This document shows, piece by piece, positions 13,601 through 25,800 of a stretch of 64,000 nucleotides of DNA. The notes under the pieces are model-generated. The model had not been told where the DNA came from, searched no databases, and saw only the letters and a list, made by a program, of their open reading frames with translations. Within the stretch, counting starts at the first letter, position 1. Every line of letters begins with the position of its first letter. The position numbers were made by a program, and so were the translations under genes. The stretch lies in contig OZ024753.1 in assembly GCA_964016885.1 (NCBI GenBank), positions 1,860,001 through 1,924,000 of the forward strand, written 5' to 3'. This stretch comes from Eledone cirrhosa (Eukaryota).

Positions 13601-15563
13601 ATATATATATGTATGTAGACACCCCCATATATATATATACACACACAGACACACACATATATATATGTACGTAGACACACCCATATATATATATATGTAC
13701 GTAGACACACCCATATATATATGTACAGACACACCCATATATATGTGTGTACATAGACACTCATATATACAAGGTGTCCCTAAAAATATATACACACAGG
13801 CAATATTTATTAGAAGGCTGTTGAAGTGTGAATACATTTTTTATATATATATCATCATCATCATCATCATCACCGTTTTACGTCCGTTCTTCCACGCTAG
13901 CATGGGTTAGACGGGTTGTCCTGTTGTGGGCAGTGTCTGGTCGGCTGACCATGCCTTGCTCATACAGGAACTGATCTGGCTTGATTTCTACAGCTGGATG
14001 CCCTTCCTAACACCAACCTCATTTACAGTGAGTGCTGGGTGCTTTTTCGTGGCGCCTACACGTCCACTTTACAGTGTGGGCTGGGTGCTTTTTTGCCGTG
14101 GCACCTCCACGACCACCTTGCGGTGGGGGGGGGGGGCATATTGTTTATATGCTTCAGCATGTACCCATGGGAGGTCGGGTACCCTGTATTACTGCGTGAC
14201 GCCAGAAGTCACGGTCGTGTGTCATTGACTTTGAGAGGTGTAGTTGGGTAAGGTCGGCTTTTATCACCTCATCCCAAGTCATCTTGGGTCTCCCCACTCC
14301 GCGGTTTCCATCAACTTCTAGTGCTCTGCACCTTTTTATGCAGCTGTCATCCTTCATACGCATCACATGTCCATACCAGCGTAACCGCCTCTCCTGCACG
14401 CAGCATTTGATTCCTCTTATGCTCAGTCTCTCTCTCAATTCATTTATGCTTTGTCGTTCACGTATATTACTGTTACACATCCATCGGAGCATGCAGGCTT
14501 CGTTTCTCTCTAATCTACGTAAGTCTTCCACCTTCAGCGCCCAGGTCTCACTACCATGCAACATCGCTGTTCGGATACACGCATCATACAGTCTGCCTTT
14601 CATTCTGAGGGAGAAGCCTTTTGCAGCTAGCAGTGGTAGTAGTTCCCTAAACTTCTTCCATCCCGTTCTTACCCTAGTTATTGTACTTTCTGAGCACCCA
14701 CCTCCGTTGCTAATTCGGTCACCTAGGTAGCAGAAGCTGTCTACTGTTTCTACAGGGCCCTCCCAGAGATTGGTGGTACTTGTTTCCTGTGGCTGTTTGC
14801 TTGCTGTTTCAGCACAGCTGCTGCATGTGAATCCTACATTCTTAATTAAGCTTCCTGAGATCCCGCTACATCTCTTGTGTACCCATTGTTTGCATTTGGG
14901 GCAAAGAATGGAGTTCCTACCTACACCTTTCCTACATACTGAGCAAGGCCATTTCCCTGAGGGGATCTGGGTTCTGTTTTCTCGTCTACTTATAAGGACC
15001 TTAGTCTTTGTCATGTTGACTTTGAGGCCCTTTCTCTCTAGTCCCTGCTTCCAGGTTTGGAATTTATTCTCTAGTTCTACCATAGATTCAGCTATGAGTG
15101 CGAGGTCATCAGCATACAGGAGTTCCCATGGGCATCCGGTCTTAAACTCCTCCGTTATTGCCTGCAGGACTATGATGAACAGGAGAGGGCTAAGAACAGA
15201 GCCCTGGTGGACCCCAACCTGTACGCTAAATTCCTCGCTATACTCATTGCCAATCCTAACTTTGCTGACTGCTCCCCTATACATGGCTTGTACCGCTTTC
15301 ACAAGCCATTCATCTACTCCTAGTTTTCTAAGAGCCCACCAGATTACTGCACGTGGAACTCTGTCAAAGGCTTTCTCAAGGTCGACAAATGCCAAGTAGA
15401 GTGGCTTACTTTTAGCTAGGTACTTTTCCTGTAATTGCCTCACAAGGAAGAGCGCATCAGTGGTGCCTTTCCCTGGAACAAACCCAAATTGCATCTCGTC
15501 TATATTCACCCGGTCCCTAATCAGCTGTGCTATAACTCTTTCTGTTACTTTCATGACCTGGTC

Positions 15564-15615
<52 letters not shown>

Positions 15616-16689
15616 CGCGTGTATATAATTATTCTTTACACTATGCATATATCATCATCATCGTTTAACATCCATTTTCCATGCTAGCTTGGGTTTTATA
15701 TATATATATCACCACCCCCACCCCATCCACACCACCCCGTTCTATGTAAAGTTATGTTGGTGCCGCGCCATCCAGGCCGAAACAAATGAGATCGTGTAGG
15801 TGTCACGACAAAAAAACACACAGTCCATGCTGTAATGTGGCCGTGTAGGCAACACGGTAAAAACCTCCCAGACCCACACTGTAAATGTGGTTGGTGTTAG
15901 GAAGGGCATCCAACTGTAGAAAACCTGCCAGACAGTCCTATGCGAGCAAGACAATCACTCTTGCCTCAAGTGGGACTACCCCCGTCCAAACCCATGCAAG
16001 CGTGGAACACGGACGTTAAACGTTGATGATAAGTGTGTTAGCTTGTGCTCACACACACACTTACACAAACACCCTGACACATGCACATTACAGAAACCAA
16101 ATATTTTATGCCAAAATTCTAGAGAATTCCAAATATTTACTAAACAGCCGATGAATCAACAAAGGAAGAGTGAGAGAATACTGGGTAGAAAGTGGGTGAA
16201 GAAAACTATAGAGAGTTTGTTACACTTCTCTAATAACTGATGAACTTAATTTATCTCAAAACAAAGCATAGCACGTGTATGTATGTGTACATATATATGC
16301 ATGTGTGTGTGTGTGTATATATATACACACACACATATATACTGGTCATATCTAATGACTTCGTTTCAGTTTTATTTATATATATATAAAAATTGATGAG
16401 CAGAACAAACAAAAGGCCGGGGTACCGAAATTAGGCTGCTCAGCCGTTAATATGCATAAGGAAAGTATATACTTTCAGACGTTCAACCATCTGGCAGGAA
16501 GGTATACGTTGCTGACGATAGCTAATAAGCTTGAAACTAGTACAGCGTTCCTTTGTCAGTGTTGAACTAACGAGCAACGATGGTTGCTAGACACTGAACG
16601 GCTTAATACGGGATGTTTGTTTACAAACACACCGAGCATTATAATAAATGTTCGGTGAATCCATACGTTCATATATATATGTGTGCATG

Positions 16690-16725
<36 letters not shown>

Positions 16726-17017
16726 CTACTGTATGTCTGTATACATATATGTATGTACGTACGTATACATACTTATATATATATATATATCTGCATATAT
16801 ATATCTACATATATCTGCATATATATATATATCTACATCTATATATATATATATATATCTACATATATCTGCATATATATATATATATATATCTACATAT
16901 ATCTGCATATATATATATATATATATCTACATATATCTGCATATATATATATATATCTACATATATATATATCTACATATATATATATATATCTACATAT
17001 ATATATCTATATATATC

Positions 17018-17074
<57 letters not shown>

Positions 17075-20000
17075 GCATATATCTATATATCTATATATAT
17101 CTATATATCTGCATATATCTATATATATATCTATATATATATCTAAATATCTATATATCTATATATCTATATATATCTATATATATATCTATATATATAT
17201 CTATCTATCTATCTATCTATCTATGCTCTAGAAGAAACCCACCTTATGTTATCTGAGAGCTATATAGATGGTATCAAGGTATCTAACAACAGCTGGCAGT
17301 GTAACAGGATGAAACATATTCTTTGAGTTGTTATCTTTCCTAAAACTTACTTTTCACTCTTCTCCATTTACAACTTGTTGCTATTTTTATTATCAATTCT
17401 ATTTTTATTTGCAGTTTCTTTTTCTTTTTTTATTTGTTTGTTGAAAAAAAATAATGATGACTACTTTAAGTACATCATCGTCATCGCCATTATAACCATC
17501 ACCACCATCATCATCATTACTATCATCACCATCACAACCATCATCATCACCATCATTACCATCATCATCATTACCATCGTCATCATGACCACCATCATCA
17601 GCACCATCATGACCACCATCATCATAACCATCACACACATATATATACATGCATACTCGGCTCAAATACCTGCAGCTGAGTTGGTTCCATGAAACAAACA
17701 CATGGTGGTATTAAACTGAAGGGCATAAATTAAGTCCATCATGCAAAGGTAATTGAAATTCCAGACTACATGTGAGAGAGAGAGAGAGAGCGAGCGAAAG
17801 ATAAGAGGAGAATGAAAAAGAGGTTGGTGGAGAGAAAGAGAGCAGGAGGTGCAGGGTAAAAAGAGGTATAAAATATAGACTTAACACTTTAGCATTTAAA
17901 CCGGCCATATCCGACCAGAATTCTGTCATCTCTTTCTGTTCAAACCGGCCATAATCAGCTGCTCATACTGATGTAAAGGCATTGTTCTCAAAATAAACAA
18001 TATCAAAATCTCATAGATTTAATATTATGTGAGGTAAAGCCGTTACCATGAAAATACAATAGTTTATATAGAGTAATATAAATGCTAAAGACTTAAAGCA
18101 TAATTAGTTTTGGGATTTGACAATGTCCCATTGCTTACCTTCCATTGGTGTTTGTGCACTGGGTTTGTTGGCAAACACTATATCAACATAAGATAGCTGC
18201 AGACGTTCTAGAGATCCCCTCAATCCTATGGGAGAGAATAAAATGTAAATATTTATTATATTAAAGCTGTAGTCCATGTCTTGTAAAATGTCTTGCTAAA
18301 AAGCAGATCGAAAGAATGTGTGTTTGTTATATATATATATAATGTGTGTGTGTGATGTGTAGGTATGTGTAAAGAGACAATAAGAATAGTGAGAGAGAGA
18401 AAGAGAAAGTGGTATTTAGTTCCAATGCTTTACGTTCTAAGTTCAAATCCCACTGGAGTTAATAAGATAAAGTACCACTCAAGGAGTGAGGTCGACTTCA
18501 TCAACTTTGCAAGGCCAAGGACCTCAAATTTACTGGCCTTGCAACAACATTTTCCAATACTATGCTCAAAGTTGTAATCTAAGTTGAATCAACTTTGCAT
18601 TTCATCCTTCCATGGATTATAAAATGAAATCCAGTCATGTACAAAGGTTAAACCAATCGCCTATACTCCTCACAGATACGTGTTCTTGTACAAAAAAACA
18701 AAAACAAAAATCAATTTCAAGGGGACAGTTTTAGCAATGTTGGTGATGTTGTTGTTGTAGCTATTATATTTAAAAAAAATAATATTGCTGATGTTGTTAT
18801 TGCAGGTATTCTCTTACTGTTATTGTTGTTCAACCATTAATAAACTAGCTTTTGTATTGTTTGATTAAATCAACCCTCTTTTATTGCAACCAGTAATCTT
18901 GGATCCCAATTTAATTTCCTGCTATATTTTTTTCCAGGAAGGTTTTTCATATTTGCTTCTATATGCATGTGCATGTATATATATATATGGATGTGTGAGC
19001 CTGTCAATATATGACTGCATTAATGTTTTTGATTGTGTAATTTAATTAAAAAAGAAATGTTATGTCACAAGGATTATGAGAGTGATTTATAAAAAATATA
19101 TAACAAATGCTTCTGTACCTTCAATGATATGTTTACGAGAAAGGCCTTTCTCTGTTTCGGCACGGCTAGGAAAGACAAAAAGAAATGGCAGAAAGATTAA
19201 TTATCTTCAAGTGAACAGGAGAGGTTTATATTAATGTTAAGATAATGAAAGTTGTGTCTATTGTGAAGGCCATGTAGTTTAGTGGTTAAGGTTGGGTGAG
19301 GGGGGGGGGGCATCATCATAAGCTTGTGAATTTAATTGCCCAACCAAAAAAAGTGAGGGTGCATTGTGTTCTTGAGCAAAGCACTTCATTCCACATTACT
19401 TACATACATTCAGTTGAAAATGAGGCAAGCAGGAGCTTGTTGTTAACCTTGTTATGGATTGGCATCCTGTTCAGGAATGGATAGTTTTGTACTTTCAATT
19501 GCTTAATACTATATGAAATTGAGACTAGCTCAAAAAAGATTTTAATTCTTACAGTAATCCAATATATAACTGGTACTTTATTTTATCAACTCTGAAAGAA
19601 TGAAAGGCTAAGTTGACCTTGGGGTGGGATTTGAACTTAAAATATAAAGGGTCATAACTAAATGCCACAAATCATTGTCTGATACAATTCTGCCAACCCA
19701 CCCCATATTTGTCATAATTGTTTCTACTTTTGGCACAAGGCCAGCAATTATCCCAGTGTATTACTGGTACTTTATTTTATTGACCCCTGTAAGAATGAAA
19801 GGCAAAGTTAACCTCGGCAGGATTTGAACCCAGGTCGCAAAGGGCCGCAATTCTGTGCTGCAAAGCATGGCTTCCAACCTTCTACCGATACTGCCAGTTT
19901 CTAATTTAGGTACAAGGCCAACAATTTTGGGGGAGGGGAAAATTAAATCCACCCTTTTGTGTTACTAGTACTTTATTTTATTGACCCCATAAAGATAAAA

Positions 20001-20261
20001 GGCAAATATCACATTAGTGGGATTGAAACTCAGAATGTAAAGGGCTGTAACTATATGCCACAAAGTATGTTGTCTGATGCTCTACCGGTTACTGCCAATA
20101 AACATCTATATTGCGTTCATCATTAGTATCAGCATCATTGTTTGGAAAATAAGATTACTTTTATGTCTAACTACTTACTTGCCACTCCAATGAATCTTGG
20201 TTGATATAATATAACTGGAACGTCTAGAGAATGAGAGAAAAGATAATAAATGAGCCTGGCT

Positions 20262-20311
<50 letters not shown>

Positions 20312-20346
20312 AAGAGAAAGAGAAAGAGAGAAAAAGAGATAGAGAT

Positions 20347-20382
<36 letters not shown>

Positions 20383-22832
20383 GGTATGTGCGCGCGCGCG
20401 TGTGCGTGTGTGCGTGTGCGTTCTGATTTTATAATTTTATAAATTTTTACCAATAGGGAGAGAGTCGGTTTCTAACAGACACAAGACTCTTTCATTGAAA
20501 TTTAGACATCGACTAGGTAGATATGGATTTCTTTAGCTCAATTTCTTTCTTTGTATCATTTTTTCCTCACCTATGAATATGTATATTTCTCACCTATCAA
20601 TATGTATATTTAGATTCATATATATGCATTGCATGTTTCTATGTGGTTGTGTGATGTAATTATTATACGTGTGTGTAGATATGTGCATTTTGACATCTAT
20701 GAATTCATATATTCCTATGTAAGTCTTTCTCTGGTGTATGTGTGTATGCATATATGTATGTGTATATATCTGTAGTTGCAAACTAGTGTACTTGTGCATT
20801 GTTGACACTAAGTGTATATTTGTTAATCAGTGTGTATGTAAAGAACTGCATAACATTTATCGATAAGTTAGTTGCTTTCAATTCAACAAGAAAAACAACC
20901 TTTTTTTCTACATATTTGGCAACCCAGCAATACTGAGTACCACTGAAAGTTCCTTACCTCCATCCTTTCCTTTTCAGAATTTTACCTAAAGATATTTCAG
21001 CCCTGAAAAGATAAAATAAAATAGAGACATGTTAAAGACATATTATGAAATTTTAATTAAATGAAGTGTTTTACTCAAGAACACAACATGCAACCCAGCC
21101 CAGGAATCGAACCCACAACATTATGATTGTAAGTCCAACACCCTTACCACTAGGCCATGCACCTCCAATACTATGTTTAACACTACTATGTTATTATTTG
21201 GGTGTCTTTAGCAGAGCCCACTCCATTTCAATCATTCAAGCAGGTCTCCAGCCTGTTGATAACTTCCTCATTTTCTTATACTTTTTCTCAGAAGCTCTAA
21301 CAAATATCATAAACTGTGAACTTCCTTCAATTAAAGTATGAAACAATTTCATTAATTAATCAGACATACGAGTTACTTCACTATATAATAACCTGTTACT
21401 GTTTCATTTTTTCTTTCCTTCCACTCAATCCGAGTAACATTATAGACCATGAACTTCCTCCTCTAATTAAGGTATTAGCAAACATTAATTAATTCATTAG
21501 AGACATAGATATCACACCAACAATGTATTGTTTCAATGCCAAATTCTCAATTAGCTAAATTGAAATCAGTAGAGTTCAGTGTTTTCTCAGAGTTAGAATA
21601 TAATGCCCATGATTTGTGTAAAAACTCATAATACTTCTAAGGCTAAGAATAATCCAAGAAAAATAAAAATTATAATTAATCCATTTGCTCATATTAGCTT
21701 GAACTTTAATTCTTTAATTCCAAACAATTTTTGCAGAAAAGCTGAGTTATGTTTACATTTATATAATAGAATTTGAATAGCTTTCCAAAATAAATCTAAT
21801 CTATTTTGTATTTATACAGTATTTATACTGTGGAACTGTAGGTGATAATTTATAAGATACTGCTGGTAATGTACCTTATTTAACCCTGCCATAACCAGCT
21901 GCTCATACTTATGTTAAGGTATTGTTCTCAAAATAGATAGTATCAAAATCTTGTAGATTCGATATTATGTGAGATAAAGTGTTTACCATGAAAATACAAT
22001 AGTAAATATAGCGTAATGTAAAGACTAAAGGACTAAAGCCCACATCCCACAAAATATACCTCTTGTTAGAGGACTCTTTAGTCTCAGTAACATCTGGAAA
22101 CAATTTAGGATAGAGAAGAGACTTTACTTATACTAATGAATGTGGACAATGTAGGATAAAGAGAAGGCATAAGTCTGCCAGTAGGGGGGGGGGGGGGTGC
22201 AATTCAAGGTAGAGGAGAGTTTCTTGCCAAGTGTGTAACAACCTCTCTTATGCTGGTGCCATGATGAAATGCACAGTACATACTTTATAATGTAGTTGAT
22301 GTTTAGAAGGGTCTCCAGCTAAAGAAATTATGCCAAATATAAAGTGTAGGAGTGAGACATGGTCTTTTAACCCATCTAGGAGGATAGTTACTTCAAATAA
22401 AAACTGACTTAGACTGTGATGATCTACCCAGCTCATGCCAGTATGGGAAGCAGACATAAAAATGACAATAGGGATAAGATGATGATGATGATGATGTGAT
22501 GATGATGTGATGATGTGATGATCAGGATGATGATGATGCAGAGGAGGTGGGCTTGTTGAACTATTTATACTGTGTTGCTTGGCTTCAAATTTCAATGGTG
22601 ATTGTTTAACAGAGTAAACACAACTAAGAATGTATCATGATTTTAATACAATTGGTTAGAGGCTGAGGGCAAAGGAATATAAAGAAAATAAACAGAAAAA
22701 AAAAAAATTTAGAAATAATTGAAGGAAACTTACTTGCCACCTGAATATACCTCAGCAGTATCAAATATGTTGATCCCACTCTCATAGGCTAATGTTAACA
22801 TATCTTCAGCAACCTGAAGAAAAATTATTTCA

Positions 22833-22894
<62 letters not shown>

Positions 22895-25800
22895 CCACCA
22901 CAATATCAGGTTTTACCAGATAAGTTAGTATTATATTAGTACTATATAGTATTATATTAGTACTATATAGTGCACTAAATAATCCTATCACCAGAAACCC
23001 TCTTTGTGCCAGAAACCTTTCAATTGGGATCTTAGTCCACATGGTATCAGTAATTAGTACATGCTGCAATAAAGCTGGTTTTCAATTAGTTTCTATATGA
23101 TGACTTAGGAACTGTTACACAGGTAATCAAAGAGGACTCATAGATAAGACAGGGACTAGCAACCCAAAGTTGTGGTTTAGTGAAGCTGATGTTTAAGCCT
23201 AATGACAATTGATGTCATCACTACTTTTTTAAAGTGTGTATGTGTGTATCTATGTATGTATGTGGTGAATAGAAACAGATAAAACAGGGATCTATTTTAT
23301 GTTATTGTGCTATTCCCCGTAAGAACCATTCTTACAAAATAAGTAAAGACTGGCATTGGGCTATAGAATAGTGCCTAAAAAAACCCCCAAAAAACAGACT
23401 AAGTTCTTTTGAGGCCCTTAAAAACGTTTATGGTGCCAAATATATAAATGTTTATGGTGGCTTATATAAAGTCTAAAAAAGCTTTTTTGTTTTTAGTGAC
23501 AAATACATTTAATTTGAATAAAATGGTGCTCCTCATCAATTGATGCCCTTAGTATGTGCTTATGTTGCTTAATGGCTGACCCAGCCCTACAGCCCTACCC
23601 CCATACCAGTCAGGAAAATTAGACATAAGAAAGATTACAGTGATAATGAGGATGATTGAGTTGATCAAGAAGCTGAGTGGCTACACAGAAGCTATTCTAT
23701 TCTTAATTTCCTCACAACCAGTCAGCTGCTCTGATTGATAACTTTGCTAGCTGTCATCTGTGTTAAGTGACTGTTAACTACATTCAACTGTTCAAAGATT
23801 AACAACAAGCTTCTCTAATTTTGTTTTCTTCCATAATTAAGGGATTATTATTAATGAAATCTGTCAATGTTAATAATTTAAATCTCATTGGGTGTCAAGT
23901 TGTTAAATGTGCGTGTGTTTATTATTAGTGTGTATATGCTAGCAAAATTATGTCTGGCTTAAGTGTTTGTGTGTACGAGTTGCAGATGTGTGTACGAGTA
24001 CATTATATGATTGTCACCAGGATGAATGGACATTAAATGATGATGAAGATGATGAGGATAGCAAAATTAGATTTGTGTGAGTTATAGTTTTGTATGAGTT
24101 GTACGTGTGTTATTATTAGTGTGTATATATGAAGGTTCATGGCTTAGTGGTTAAAACATTGGGCTTGCAATCTTGAGGTTGTGAGTTTGATTCTCCAAGT
24201 GGGTGATGTGTTATCTCCTTGAGCAAGACACTTTATTTCAAGTTACTCCAGTTCACTCAGTTGTAGAAATGAGTTGTGATGTCACTGGTGTCAAGCTGTG
24301 TCGGCCATTGTCTTTCCCTTGGACAACATCTGTGGTATGGAGAGGGGAGACTGGTATGCATGGGTAACTGCTGCTCTTCCACAAAGAACCTAATCTGGAC
24401 TTGTGCCTCAGAAGGGAACTTTCTAAGTGCAAATGCCCTGATCATTTGTGACTAAAGGGGGTCTTTATCCTTTACCCTATATGCAGGGTGGTGAACAGGG
24501 GGAATTAGTAGAGCATTAGACAACATACTTTGCAGTATTTAATAAAGACTTTCTATGTTTTGAGTTCAAATCCTGTCACGGTCAAGTTTGACTTCCATCT
24601 TTCTGGGTTCAATAAAATAAAGGTCCAGTAAAGTACTGTGGTCAATATAATCAACTTTCCATTTATCACAAAATGCTGGCCTTATGCCTAAATTAGAAAC
24701 TCTTATTAATGCATTAATGTGTATATGCTAGTAACATTTTCTGAGTTATGAATTTATGTGAGTGCGTGATTTGCCTGTATGTGTATGTATGCATATTTTA
24801 TGATTACCAGTCAAGAGCACAGATGTTAAATGATAATGATAGCAAAATCAGATCTGAATTATGTGTATATGACATTCATGTGTATGTGTGTTAGTAATTT
24901 ATATATGCTAGCAAAAGTAGGTATGAATAAATTATGTGTTTGTGCGAGTTAACACACAGTTTGGTATATTTCAGTCAATATATACGTGCATGTGTGTGTG
25001 TATGTATGTGTGTGTACCAGCACCAGCACCACCATCATCATCATCTAACATCTAATTTCCCTGCTAGCAAGACCTAGACTGATTTAATATTATTCAGTTT
25101 GTGCTGATTGCAGTATATATGCAATAAATTGACAGAGTTGTTAGGACATTAGATAGAATGTTTTGTGCTATTAATTTCAGCTTTCTGTGCTCTGAATTCA
25201 AACCCTACTGAGCTTAACTTTGCCTTTCATCCTTTTAGGGTCAATAAAAATGTACCAGTCAAATACTGGTATTAAGTCTTCTCTTTCACTTTCTTTTTCT
25301 TCCTCTCTTTCACATTCTTTCTTTCTCACTCTTTTCCTTTTTTCCTCCTCACTCTTCCCCTCTGTCATTCTCTCTCTCCTGCTTTCCTTCCATCCTCTCA
25401 CTCTGAAAGAAGTCATCTGTGGTCAACCCTGGACAGCAATGGGCTTTGCCAGGTTTAAATGTCACAAAAGATCAGCTTATGACACCATCAGGTTTTAAGG
25501 GCTCAAGAATAATGATCAGTAAGCATGTGTTAGTATCAATATGTGAGTACGCATACATATATATACACACACGCATGCACTCGCATGCACTAACTATACA
25601 TACACACACACATATATATATTCAAAAGAAAAAAAAATGGAGAAGTCAAATGTGAAAAACTTACATCGTCTGTAACTTGTGCACCAAATGTTACCCAGGT
25701 ACCTGAGAGAAAAAAATAATATAGATAAACTAAAATAATCAAGGAACATCAATAATCTAAAGAATGCATTCATTAACCCTTTCGTTTCCATATTTGTAGT

